DNA of 64,000 nucleotides from an uncultured Gammaproteobacteria bacterium (GTDB lineage: Bacteria; Patescibacteriota; Patescibacteriia; Patescibacteriales; GWE2-39-37). Position numbers and translations under genes: made by a program. Position 1 is the stretch's first letter; each line of letters opens with the position of its first letter. Under the pieces are notes generated by a model. It saw nothing but the letters and a program-made list of their open reading frames with translations. It was not told the DNA's origin and ran no database searches. This document shows, one piece after another, positions 16,842 to 24,916 of this stretch. Location of the stretch: the NCBI GenBank assembly GCA_964443495.1, contig CAYUCS010000001.1:147806-211805 (forward strand), written 5' to 3'.

Positions 16842-17003
16842 GGAGTGGGATTCGAACGGGCAGCAGTGAGCAAGCCCCTGCTCAGCAGAGCAGGGGCGCA
16901 GTCGAACGCCGCAGAAGTGCCAGGCGGCACTTCTGCGCTGCCCGGGACAACGAGTGTGTCCGCGACGGCGGACACGCGAGGCGCAAATCCCACTCCCTCC
17001 GCA
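16842..17003 (+). ncRNA. Candidate structured RNA, copy A (unassigned family): terminal 9-bp helix, GGGCAGC/GCTGCCC helix enclosing two hairpins, a third hairpin, and a 3' end identical to the tRNA-Ser(UGA) 3' end
   Basis: Full-length alignment with 60596-60755, with compensatory changes in all variable helices. Bracketed by hairpins. Strand is inferred from the T-runs of the flanking terminators. Confidence 0.55.
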
Positions 17004-17047
17004 CCTAAAATAATACCCCTACAAGTTTGTGGGGGTATTATTTTAGG
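17004..17047. terminator. Long AT-flanked hairpin (CCTAAAATAATACCCC...GGGGTATTATTTTAGG)
   Basis: 16-bp stem read from the sequence; symmetric A/T flanks. Confidence 0.6.
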
Positions 17048-17102
17048 TATTTATGAAAGAAAAGCCGGTTGCGTAACGTAATAGTAGTGCTACACTTTAA
17101 GC

Positions 17103-17675
17103 ATGATTACGGAAACCGACTGCCAAAAATATAATGACCTTGAATTGGTCGAATTAGTGTTATCGGATACGGATTATTACGCCTGTCTGGTCAACCGCTA
17201 CATCGAGGCCTTGCGGCGTTACGTGCTTCGGCTTGGCAGCAATCCTACTGATGCCGACGATATCCTTCAGGACGTCTTTTTGAATGCGTATCTGCATTTG
17301 AATGATTTTGATAAGAAGCTGAAATTTTCAAGCTGGATTTATCGTATCGCCCATAACCAGACCGTCAGCGCTTTTCGTAAGTCTAACGTCAGGCCGACGG
17401 TCGAATTGTCCGATCTCGAGCCGTGGCAGGAAATGGTACGGGACAGCTGCCCTGGCGCCAAATTCGACCAAGAGCTGCTTGCGATCAAGACTAAGGCGAT
17501 ACTGGAGAGTCTTGAGCCGAAATATCGCGAGGTGCTGGTGCTGAAATATTTCGAAGATAAGGATTATTCCGAAATGTCAGACATCCTGAAAAAGCCGATG
17601 GGTACGATCGCGACGCTGGTCAGCCGAGCCAAGCGCCAGGTGGCCAAGATGGCTGAAAATGAGAATCTAAAATGA
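17103..17675 (+). CDS. ECF-type RNA polymerase sigma-70 family factor
   Basis: Region 2 'DDILQDVFLNAY...WIYRIAHNQ' and region 4 'DYSEMSDILKKPMGTIATLVSRAKRQ'. Confidence 0.85.
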   Translation: MITETDCQKYNDLELVELVLSDTDYYACLVNRYIEALRRYVLRLGSNPTDADDILQDVFLNAYLHLNDFDKKLKFSSWIYRIAHNQTVSAFRKSNVRPTVELSDLEPWQEMVRDSCPGAKFDQELLAIKTKAILESLEPKYREVLVLKYFEDKDYSEMSDILKKPMGTIATLVSRAKRQVAKMAENENLK

Positions 17676-17679
17676 ACAT

Positions 17680-18405
17680 ATGACTAATATTTCTGATAAA
17701 GTTTTGGACAAAATCAAGAAAGAGCATATCAAGCCTCGTCCGCGTTGGCAGTTCTGGCTGCGGGACGGCGGACAGTGGGCAGGCTTCGTCATGCTTTTGC
17801 TTCTGGCGGCTTTAGCGCTGGGCCTATTGTGGTACTTCTGGTCTGACGGACCCTGGCTGCACGGAGGGCGCTCAATGGGCCTGTTCTTCGGACCAATGCC
17901 GCTAGTTTTGCTGGGGCTGGTAATCCTAGGATGGCTATTGGCCTTGGTCGATTTCAACAGCACCGGCCGAGGCTATCGTTATCCGCTTGTAAAAATAGGC
18001 GTCGCATTGCTGCTTTTGGCGGTGGCATCGGCTTGGGCCTTGAATTTTTTCGGCGTCAGCCAGCGTATGGACAGGACTTTCAGCGGTTCGCCTTTGTATC
18101 AGGACAGGGAATCGTATATGAAAAACGTCTGGCAGCGGCCGGATGAGGGCTTGTTAGCGGGAGAAATATCAAGCGTCGGCGCTGATGGACGGTTTACCTT
18201 CCGCGACTTCGACGGCAAAGATTGGCTGGTCGATGGTTCAGGCGCGGTTTGGCGCCATGGCCTGGTGCCAACTATCGATGCCAAAGTGAAGCTGATCGGC
18301 ACGCCCCGGGGAGGAGATTTTACGGCCGAGGAGGTACGTCCATGGATGGGCCCTGGCGGCTGCGGCATGACGCAGGGAGGAGGCTCATGCCGGATGATGA
18401 GATAA
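17680..18405 (+). CDS. Membrane protein in the anti-sigma position, with a C-terminal GGCGM motif
   Basis: Starts 4 nt after the sigma gene. About 4 TM segments, then an extracytoplasmic domain ending 'GPGGCGMTQGGGSCRMMR'. The anti-sigma role is positional inference. Confidence 0.5.
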   Translation: MTNISDKVLDKIKKEHIKPRPRWQFWLRDGGQWAGFVMLLLLAALALGLLWYFWSDGPWLHGGRSMGLFFGPMPLVLLGLVILGWLLALVDFNSTGRGYRYPLVKIGVALLLLAVASAWALNFFGVSQRMDRTFSGSPLYQDRESYMKNVWQRPDEGLLAGEISSVGADGRFTFRDFDGKDWLVDGSGAVWRHGLVPTIDAKVKLIGTPRGGDFTAEEVRPWMGPGGCGMTQGGGSCRMMR

Positions 18406-18482
18406 GTGAAAGAAAAAATAGGCTGGCTGCGTAATAAGAGTGAAAGGCTTAACTTTCACTCTTATTTATTAAAAAAAAGAAT

Positions 18483-18863
18483 ATGAAAAAGACGTATCTT
18501 TTGGCCGGCCTTGGCGTCGGTCTGGCCCTGACAGCCGCTTCGGCTGCCTACGCCGCAAGCGGCGGTTATGAAGCTTGGCGAAGCGCCATGGGTAGCCGCG
18601 GTGGCCGTGCCACTGCCGTGGTGAACGAACAGAATTTCGACAAGTTCACCGAAATGCATCGGCTGATGGCCGAAGGCAAATACGATGAGGCGCAGAAAGT
18701 CCGAACCGACCTCGGTTTGGGCAACGGCCGCCAAGGCGGTGGCTGCGGCATGAATAATGGCGCCGGCCGCCAAGGCGGCTGCGGGATGCGCGCCGGTGCG
18801 GGTTTCGTGGACGCCAACAACAACGGCGTCTGCGATCACGCCGAGCAGAACAACGCACAGTAA
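18483..18863 (+). CDS. Exported small Gly/Cys/Met-rich protein
   Basis: Signal peptide 'MKKTYLLAGLGVGLALTAASAAYA'. Repeats 'GRQGGGCGM' / 'GRQGGCGM', then 'FVDANNNGVCDHAE'. Confidence 0.6.
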   Translation: MKKTYLLAGLGVGLALTAASAAYAASGGYEAWRSAMGSRGGRATAVVNEQNFDKFTEMHRLMAEGKYDEAQKVRTDLGLGNGRQGGGCGMNNGAGRQGGCGMRAGAGFVDANNNGVCDHAEQNNAQ

Positions 18864-18969
18864 AGGATTGATAGTTCCTCGTCCGGCTTGTCCGGGCGGG
18901 GAACTGTTTGAATGATGGAAAAATCGTTCAAGCAGTTTTTCGCCCGTGACCTAAAATTATCAAAATATT

Positions 18970-20103
18970 ATGAAAAAAAACAATCTCTTGCGGCGGACCG
19001 TCCAGATCGCCGTTTTTTCCTTGCTGATCTTCTTGTCATTGAGCCATATCAAATATGGCATAGAGAAGGCCGCTTCAATAGACGCTTATTGTCCCTACGG
19101 CGCCGTGGAGAGTTTTCTGACCAAGGTTTCTTCCGGCAACTATCTGAATCGCATTTGGACCAGCTCGTTCATCCTGATGGCCATAACCATCCTGGTTACA
19201 GTGTTTTTCGGGCGGGTTTTTTGCTCGTATTTTTGCCCCTTGGGCGCTATCCAGGAGTGGCTCAGAGGGTTGGGCAGAAAAATCGGCATCAAAAAAGATG
19301 TCGAATTGCCGGCAGCGGTTGATAAATATGCCAGGTATCTCAAGTATCTAGTCTTGGTTTTTATCGCTTATTATTCATATCGTGTCGGAGATCTGTTTTT
19401 CCGGAACTATGATCCTTATAATGCCCTGATGCACTTCGGCAATGAATTCGAAGAAAAGATGTTCGCGTACGGCATACTGGGCGCCGTAGCCGTCTCATCT
19501 CTTTTTTCTAAAAGCTGGTGGTGCCGTTACCTCTGTCCGATGGGCGCATTTTTGGGCGTGATAAAAAAAATCAGCCCTTTCAAGATCGTGCGCGACAAGG
19601 CTACTTGCGTGTCTTGCGGCTTGTGCAACAAGTCTTGCCCGGCGAACTTGAACATCAAGGATGCAGACGTCACCGACTCGGCCGATTGCGTCAGTTGCCT
19701 GAACTGCGTGAGTAGCTGCCCTGAAAGCAGCTTGGGCGCGAAAGTCTTCGGCAAGGAGGTGACGACCAAGAAGTTTGCGGCCATCGCTACAGCCGCCTTC
19801 TTTATCCCGCTGGGCGTCGCGGTCATGACTCCGTTATGGCAAAGCAAAGCGCCGTCGAATATTGTCAATTCCCAGGGGCAGGTCGATGTTGCCAATATCC
19901 GAGGCAGCAATTCGCTGAAAAAGGTGATCGAAGAGACGGGTGTGCCTCTTGAGGTGTTTATCAGTGAATTGAACCTGCCTGCCGATGTCGATACCTCTCT
20001 CCTGCTTAAAGAAATTGGGTTGAAGTATAGTCTCAAGAACTCTGAAGGCGCCGCGCTGGAAACCGAGGATTTCCGCGAAGTCATCCGCAAAGCGTCCAAA
20101 TAG
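18970..20103 (+). CDS. Membrane-bound 4Fe-4S polyferredoxin (NapH/MauN-like)
   Basis: 'FCSYFCPLGAIQEW', 'WWCRYLCPMGAFLG', 'CVSCGLCNKSCP', 'CVSCLNCVSSCP'; multiple TM segments. Confidence 0.75.
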   Translation: MKKNNLLRRTVQIAVFSLLIFLSLSHIKYGIEKAASIDAYCPYGAVESFLTKVSSGNYLNRIWTSSFILMAITILVTVFFGRVFCSYFCPLGAIQEWLRGLGRKIGIKKDVELPAAVDKYARYLKYLVLVFIAYYSYRVGDLFFRNYDPYNALMHFGNEFEEKMFAYGILGAVAVSSLFSKSWWCRYLCPMGAFLGVIKKISPFKIVRDKATCVSCGLCNKSCPANLNIKDADVTDSADCVSCLNCVSSCPESSLGAKVFGKEVTTKKFAAIATAAFFIPLGVAVMTPLWQSKAPSNIVNSQGQVDVANIRGSNSLKKVIEETGVPLEVFISELNLPADVDTSLLLKEIGLKYSLKNSEGAALETEDFREVIRKASK

Positions 20104-20122
20104 CATCCGCTAATCGGGGCTA

Positions 20123-20151
20123 TTGACAAGAAATGGATCGTAGCTTACTAT
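20123..20151 (+). promoter_or_regulatory. Sigma-70-type promoter for the arsR operon (TTGACA-17-TACTAT)
   Basis: -35 at 20123-20128 and -10 at 20146-20151; the 17-nt spacer was counted by hand. Confidence 0.5.
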
Positions 20152-20175
20152 ATCAATATAAATTGATATAGTAAG
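20144..20175. promoter_or_regulatory. Perfect 14-4-14 palindrome CTTACTATATCAAT-ATAA-ATTGATATAGTAAG overlapping the -10 (candidate ArsR/SmtB operator)
   Basis: Read from the sequence. Ends 4 nt before the arsR-family start codon. Confidence 0.55.
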
Positions 20176-20179
20176 CGGC

Positions 20180-20443
20180 ATGGACCAAAATCTTCTGCGA
20201 TTCATCAAAGCGATCGGTGAGCCGACCAGGCTTCGTATCTTGCGGCATTTGAAAAATGAGTGCTGCGTAGGAGAGATATGGAAAAAATTGGATTTATCGC
20301 AGAATCTGGCCTCGCATCATCTGCGGGTGCTTAAGGACGCCGAACTGATCTCTGCTGAGAGGCGCGGCTTGAAAATCGTTTACCGTCTAAATGAACGGGA
20401 GCTGAGCAGGGGCTTGAAGCGCTTGGGCGGCTATCTTGAATAA
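20180..20443 (+). CDS. ArsR/SmtB family metalloregulator
   Basis: 'NECCVGEIWKKLDLSQNLASHHLRVLKDAELI' (HTH with a CC site at the ELCVCDL position). Confidence 0.85.
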   Translation: MDQNLLRFIKAIGEPTRLRILRHLKNECCVGEIWKKLDLSQNLASHHLRVLKDAELISAERRGLKIVYRLNERELSRGLKRLGGYLE

Positions 20444-20469
20444 AAAGATTTAAAATTAAGGAGTAAATT

Positions 20470-21369
20470 ATGTTAAAACAAAATGAAAATCTGACCGACA
20501 GACTTTTGAGGGGTGTGTTGGCGGAGGTTTTTTTCATCGCCGGTTATTTTTGGCTTGCAGGTTCATGGCAAATAGTTGCCAATGTTTTGGGCGCAGCCAT
20601 GCTTATTACTGCGATTACAGGATTTTGCAGCGTGTATTCGGTTGCGGGTGTCGATACTAAAAAGTCTTTTGCAGCACCAGGAAAATATTTTGTCATGGCA
20701 TTGGTGGCCGTTTTGGTTGTTTTGCCTTTGGGAGGAGGGTATGCCAGTAGTTTTTTCAGCAAGAAGTTCTTTTTAGAGGACTTCAATTACATGAATAATT
20801 ATTATAAACAGACTTTGTTCAATACCGGACAGGAAAAGCGCCAGGAATCGATCGAGAATTATAACCAGCTAGTAAGCGCCTATGCTGAATTCAAAGGCAA
20901 ATACGCAAAATTCAGGCCAGTCTCGTTGCGTGGCGATAAGAAATTGACCGGCGACTTGGACAGGGTTGAGGCGTTAATCAAGGATGTCGAAGATGAGGTG
21001 CGCAGCGGCGACTTGAAGTCGGCGCATACCGAACTCGAGGAAGTCCGTCCTGTCTGGCAAGATGTCTTCAAGCGCAATGGCTATTCGATGCTGGCTGTTA
21101 CTTTGGTGGACTTTCACGATTCGATGGAAAAGGTGCTGGATCCGGCAAATGCCGGCAATGCCCAAGGAGTCCAAGACGCTTATGTCGATGCCGATTTGAA
21201 ACTCAAAGCAGTCGAGGAGGAGGCGAATGACGATGAAATCAAAGCGATAAGGAATAATTTGGATCAATTGCTCGAGATGGCCAAGCGGCAAGCAGGCAAA
21301 GAGGACTTGTCGAAGCAGGCAGCCGCGCTTAAATCGAGCTTCGTCAAGGTTTATCTGAAAAGGGGATAA
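20470..21369 (+). CDS. DUF2892 (YgaP-like membrane domain) protein with a long helical C-terminal region
   Basis: 'DRLLRGVLAEVFFIAG...ITAITGFCSVYSVAGVDT' matches the DUF2892 pattern. The remainder has no recognised family. Confidence 0.6.
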   Translation: MLKQNENLTDRLLRGVLAEVFFIAGYFWLAGSWQIVANVLGAAMLITAITGFCSVYSVAGVDTKKSFAAPGKYFVMALVAVLVVLPLGGGYASSFFSKKFFLEDFNYMNNYYKQTLFNTGQEKRQESIENYNQLVSAYAEFKGKYAKFRPVSLRGDKKLTGDLDRVEALIKDVEDEVRSGDLKSAHTELEEVRPVWQDVFKRNGYSMLAVTLVDFHDSMEKVLDPANAGNAQGVQDAYVDADLKLKAVEEEANDDEIKAIRNNLDQLLEMAKRQAGKEDLSKQAAALKSSFVKVYLKRG

Positions 21370-21396
21370 AATATTAGTAATTAAATAGCGTAAAAT

Positions 21397-22317
21397 ATGT
21401 ACGACATCGCAATCATCGGAGCCGGCCCTGCCGGCCTGAACGCCTCGATCTATGCCGCGCGGTACGGCTTGAAATCCGTCGTTGTCGGCGCTGTCACTGG
21501 CGGCTTGGCTGGCACGACACATGAGATCGGCAATTGGCTGGGGGTAAAAAAGATAACAGGCTTCGAGCTGGTCCAGAATATGCTCGACCATGCCAAAAGC
21601 TATGATACGCCGATCATCGAAAGGGTGGCCGAAGACATCAAGGCCATTGACGGAGGTTTCCGTTTGGCAGTCGCCGGCTCTGAGCCGATCGAAGCCAAGA
21701 CGGTCATCTTGGCTACGGGTACCAGCCATCGGCACCTCGGCTTGCCGGATGAAGGCAAATACATCGGCAAGGGGCTGTCTTATTGCGCGACTTGCGACGG
21801 CTTCTTTTACAAGGGCAAAGTCGTGGCGGTCGTCGGCGGTAACGATGCGGCAGCCATGGCGGCAACTTATCTGGGGGATATCGCCTCGAAGGTTTATCTG
21901 ATCTACCGCAAGGAGCCGTTGCGCGCCGAGCATTTCTGGCAGGAGGCCATCGCTAAGAACCAGAAAATCGAGATCATTTACAATACCAACTTGACCGGGA
22001 TAGTCGGTGATGAAAAAGTCAGCGGAATCAAGACGCAGGACTTGTCCGGCGAAGAGAAGGAGCTGGCGGTTGACGGTTTCTTTGTCGAAATCGGCTCTGA
22101 ACCGAATACGGAGCTGTTCAAAGAACTGGGTGTAGAATCTGACGAGCAGGGCTTCGTGAAGATAAATAGCGACGGCTCGACAACGGCCAGGGGGGTCTGG
22201 GCTGCCGGAGATCTGACCAACGGTTCTAACAAGTTCAGGCAGATCATTACGGCCGCGGCCGAGGGTGCCATCGCCGTTGCCAGCATCAGCAAGTATCTAA
22301 AGCAGGGCGCCAAATAA
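21397..22317 (+). CDS. trxB: Thioredoxin-disulfide reductase
   Basis: 'IIGAGPAGLNA' FAD site, redox 'CATCDG', 'GGNDAA' NADPH site. Confidence 0.9.
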   Translation: MYDIAIIGAGPAGLNASIYAARYGLKSVVVGAVTGGLAGTTHEIGNWLGVKKITGFELVQNMLDHAKSYDTPIIERVAEDIKAIDGGFRLAVAGSEPIEAKTVILATGTSHRHLGLPDEGKYIGKGLSYCATCDGFFYKGKVVAVVGGNDAAAMAATYLGDIASKVYLIYRKEPLRAEHFWQEAIAKNQKIEIIYNTNLTGIVGDEKVSGIKTQDLSGEEKELAVDGFFVEIGSEPNTELFKELGVESDEQGFVKINSDGSTTARGVWAAGDLTNGSNKFRQIITAAAEGAIAVASISKYLKQGAK

Positions 22318-22319
22318 TT

Positions 22320-23369
22320 ATGCTGGTCAAAGCCCTCGCGTACGTACAGAAGCATCTGTTCCTGCTGATTGTCCTTTCGATTGCGGCCGGTTTGTCAGTC
22401 ACCCGATTCATGGGAGGGATATCGTTTACTCCTTTGTTGTGCCTTTTGGCGGCGGTGTTGATGATATATCCCTCCTTGGTGCCGTTGGATTTCAAGAAAA
22501 TCGGTTCGATCAAGCAGCACAAAAAACTTATAGCCGTGTCTTTGGCTGTGAATTTTATTATCGCACCATTGCTGGCGGTGGCTATCGGTTGGGTTTTTCT
22601 GGCCGATGAACCAGCTTTGTGGCTAGGACTTATCCTGCTCTCGATCCTGCCTGGAGGCGGAATGGTGACGACTTGGGCTTATCGGTCAAAGGCTGATATG
22701 GCGCTGACCGTCAATATAGTCGCAGCCAATCTTTTAGCCGCTATCATTTTGGCCCCGTTTTATCTTTCGGCGGCCATGAATAAGCTGACCGGGCTGATCA
22801 ACGCCCAATCGGCTGGCAGTTGCGTGGTAGCGGAAGCGACCGGAGGCGTATTCGATTGCTTCTTTGGCGGCGGCGTCTCGATAAGCCCCGTAAAGATAGC
22901 CGTGCCGATCATTTTCATCGTTGCCATTCCGTTGGCATTGGCGTATCTTACCCAAAGGCATTATCTGAAAAAGGCCGGTCAGGAAAGGTTCGAGACGATC
23001 AAGGCAAAGTACGCGTCTTTCAGTAATCTGGGTTTGTTGGTCGTCTTGTTCCTGCTGATGTCCATAAAGCAGAATCAGATTATCTTTTCGCGGCCGGATC
23101 TGATTCCGAAGGCCGTTCTAGCCTTGTTGGCCTTCTATGGCGCAAGCCTGATTTTGTCTTGGCGCGTAGGGAAAACGGTCGGCGGCGAGAAGGGCAGGTC
23201 GTTGGTCTGGGGGACTTATTTGCGTTATGTCACCTTGGCGCTAGGCCTGGCCATCTCGATCGTTTACCAAGATCCGGCTTATAGCCTGATCATTATCATC
23301 GCGGTGATGGCATATTTGATCCAGATTCCGAGCTCGTTTTGGTTAGCTGATAAATTAAATAATAAATAA
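22320..23369 (+). CDS. BASS / ACR3-superfamily permease
   Basis: About 10 TM segments. 'LMIYPSLVPLDFKKI' aligns with the ACR3/SBF N-terminal region. The ACR3 catalytic Cys motif was not seen. Confidence 0.65.
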   Translation: MLVKALAYVQKHLFLLIVLSIAAGLSVTRFMGGISFTPLLCLLAAVLMIYPSLVPLDFKKIGSIKQHKKLIAVSLAVNFIIAPLLAVAIGWVFLADEPALWLGLILLSILPGGGMVTTWAYRSKADMALTVNIVAANLLAAIILAPFYLSAAMNKLTGLINAQSAGSCVVAEATGGVFDCFFGGGVSISPVKIAVPIIFIVAIPLALAYLTQRHYLKKAGQERFETIKAKYASFSNLGLLVVLFLLMSIKQNQIIFSRPDLIPKAVLALLAFYGASLILSWRVGKTVGGEKGRSLVWGTYLRYVTLALGLAISIVYQDPAYSLIIIIAVMAYLIQIPSSFWLADKLNNK

Positions 23370-23377
23370 AGAAAATT

Positions 23378-23707
23378 ATGAGCAACGTAATTACGCTTAC
23401 GAATGAAAATTGGGAAAAAGAAGTGATACAGGCCGAATTGCCTGTCTTGGTAGATTTTTGGGCTCCCTGGTGCGGGCCTTGCCGCATGATGGCTCCGGTC
23501 TTGGACGACCTGTCTGTTGATTTGAACGGCAAGCTGATGATTGCCAAGCTGGATGTCGACAATCCGGTCCATCAGGCCATCGCCGTCAAATACCAGATCC
23601 AGTCGATTCCGGCACTGAAGCTGTTCAAGGCCGGTCAGGTCGTAAAGGACTATGTCGGCTATAGGGATAAGGAAACTTTTGCCAACGAACTGGCTGCAGC
23701 ATTATAA
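23378..23707 (+). CDS. trxA: Thioredoxin
   Basis: 'FWAPWCGPCRM' active site; 109 aa. Confidence 0.9.
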   Translation: MSNVITLTNENWEKEVIQAELPVLVDFWAPWCGPCRMMAPVLDDLSVDLNGKLMIAKLDVDNPVHQAIAVKYQIQSIPALKLFKAGQVVKDYVGYRDKETFANELAAAL

Positions 23708-23722
23708 ATTAATAGATCTCGA

Positions 23723-24085
23723 ATGGTAAAAGAACTCGAACCCAGAGAGGCGAAAGCTGAGCTGGAAAAAGGAGCGTTGCTGGTCGATGTGCGCGAGACT
23801 TATGAAGTCGAAGAATTCGCTTGCGATGTGCCAGAGACTTTGGTATTGCCATTGTCCGAATTGCAGCAGCGCTACCAAGAGCTGCCAAAAGACCGCGACT
23901 TGGTCATTGCCTGCGCCGGCGGCGGCCGGAGCCTGTATGCCGCGACTTTCTTGCTTGGCCACGGCTATGAAAGGGTGGCCAATCTGTACGGAGGCGTCTT
24001 TACTTGGAACTCTTTGGGCCTGCCGGTCAAACAGGGCGGCGGCGGAACCGAAAAGAGCGTCAGCAGCTGCAAGCTGTGGCATTAG
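23723..24085 (+). CDS. Rhodanese-domain sulfurtransferase
   Basis: Active-site loop 'CAGGGRS'; 120 aa. Confidence 0.85.
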   Translation: MVKELEPREAKAELEKGALLVDVRETYEVEEFACDVPETLVLPLSELQQRYQELPKDRDLVIACAGGGRSLYAATFLLGHGYERVANLYGGVFTWNSLGLPVKQGGGGTEKSVSSCKLWH

Positions 24086-24120
24086 CAAAGACCGGGCTTT
24101 TTAGGCCCGGTCTTTGCTTT
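24085..24120 (+). terminator. Intrinsic terminator after the rhodanese gene
   Basis: GCAAAGACCGGGC-loop-GCCCGGTCTTTGC (13 bp), then TTT. Confidence 0.7.
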
Positions 24121-24152
24121 ACTCAATCAAAAATATTTGGCATAATATAGTC

Positions 24153-24650
24153 ATGGATCAACAGACCGAACAGGATTTTGGCGTTGCTGAGATTACTTGG
24201 CATGTGCCGGAATACGAGAAACATGAACGTGATCGCCGCTGGTACATTCTAGCTGGCATAGTTGTCGTTGTGCTGATGATTTATGCTTTTTGGACCAAGA
24301 ATTTCCTGTTCATGGGCATTATTCTGCTCGGATCGTTCATCTTGGCCCTGAACGAGAGCCAGGAGGCGCCACAAGTGGAAATCGCCTTGACCGATGAAGG
24401 GGTGGTCGTGGGCCGCAAATTTTATGATTACGACCAACTTAAGAATTTCGGCATCGTTTACAAGCCGAATATCAACGCGAAAAACCTGTATTTCGAGTTC
24501 AAGTCGCCGGTCAAACAGCGGCTCTCGATTCCTTTGATGGAACAGGATCCTTTGGCCATTAGGAAGGAATTATTGAAGTATCTGCCCGAAGATTTAGAGC
24601 GGACCAATCGTCCGTTATCGGAAAATCTGTCACGCTTGCTAAAACTGTAA
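24153..24650 (+). CDS. Hypothetical two-TM membrane protein
   Basis: ORF 24114..24650 trimmed to ATG 24153, because the upstream codons lie inside the terminator hairpin. Confidence 0.55.
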   Translation: MDQQTEQDFGVAEITWHVPEYEKHERDRRWYILAGIVVVVLMIYAFWTKNFLFMGIILLGSFILALNESQEAPQVEIALTDEGVVVGRKFYDYDQLKNFGIVYKPNINAKNLYFEFKSPVKQRLSIPLMEQDPLAIRKELLKYLPEDLERTNRPLSENLSRLLKL

Positions 24651-24724
24651 TTTCGTGTTACTATGCATGAGTTGAGTCGATTTTGACCGACTTTATTTTT
24701 ATTTTAAGCTAAAATTAGCTATTA

Positions 24725-24796
24725 GCACTCGTCGTTCAACGGATAGGACGCAAGCTTGCGGAGCTTGTAATCTAGGTTCGATTCCTAGCGAGTGCA
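24725..24796 (+). tRNA. tRNA-Arg (anticodon GCG)
   Basis: Acceptor GCACTCG/CGAGTGC, D-stem GTTC/GGAC, anticodon stem CAAGC/GCTTG with loop TTGCGGA, T-arm CTAGG-TTCGATT-CCTAG. 72 nt; CCA is not encoded. Confidence 0.9.
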
Positions 24797-24797
24797 C

Positions 24798-24837
24798 AAA
24801 TAAAATTGCCGTACCGAATGGTGCGGCTATTTTATTT
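24798..24837. terminator. AT-flanked hairpin after tRNA-Arg
   Basis: AAATAAAAT-GCCGTACC-GAAT-GGTGCGGC-TATTTTATTT (one G:T pair). Confidence 0.5.
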
Positions 24838-24840
24838 GCG

Positions 24841-24909
24841 TATTTGCTGGGCAGAAGAGAATTTAGTTGCGGCGTGGGGTTTAACCCCTTCGATTCCTAG
24901 CGAGTGCAC
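24841..24909 (+). repeat. F-type element copy 3: TTTAG block, hairpin GGGGT-TTA-ACCCC, then a 21-nt exact copy of the tRNA-Arg 3' end (TTCGATTCCTAGCGAGTGCAC)
   Basis: 24889-24909 is identical to 24777-24797. The hairpin abuts the T-loop sequence exactly as in F copies 1 and 2. Confidence 0.45.
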
Positions 24910-24916
24910 CTTACCG

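Noticed and set aside
16842-17003. tmRNA (one- or two-piece) identity for elements A/B, prompted by the GGGATTCGAACGGG 5' motif resembling tmRNA GGAUUCGACGGG
   Set aside because: The element is only ~160 nt. It has no G3:U70 alanine identity pair, no T-arm able to fold, no plausible resume codon or tag ORF ending in a hydrophobic tail, and there are two divergent copies. ARAGORN should still be run to confirm.
16685-17008. 107-aa ORF in the track spanning tRNA-Ser(UGA), its terminator and structured element A
   Set aside because: It runs straight through a canonical tRNA and hairpins. The Arg/Ala/Gly-rich translation is typical of a GC-rich non-coding frame, and there is no RBS.
20974-21933. 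319-aa minus-strand ORF antisense to the DUF2892 and trxB genes; similar long antisense ORFs at 13193..13801, 14141..14596, 28462..29154, 36379..37407, 38109..38732, 41097..42065, 49126..49668, 52586..53272, 53564..54190, 54069..54674, 56179..57261 and 59346..60215
   Set aside because: Each lies opposite a gene with unmistakable family motifs (TrxB, KorA, RadA, PilT, PilC, LigA, and others). The translations are low-complexity Arg/Leu/Asp-rich shadow frames without recognisable domains or RBSs.
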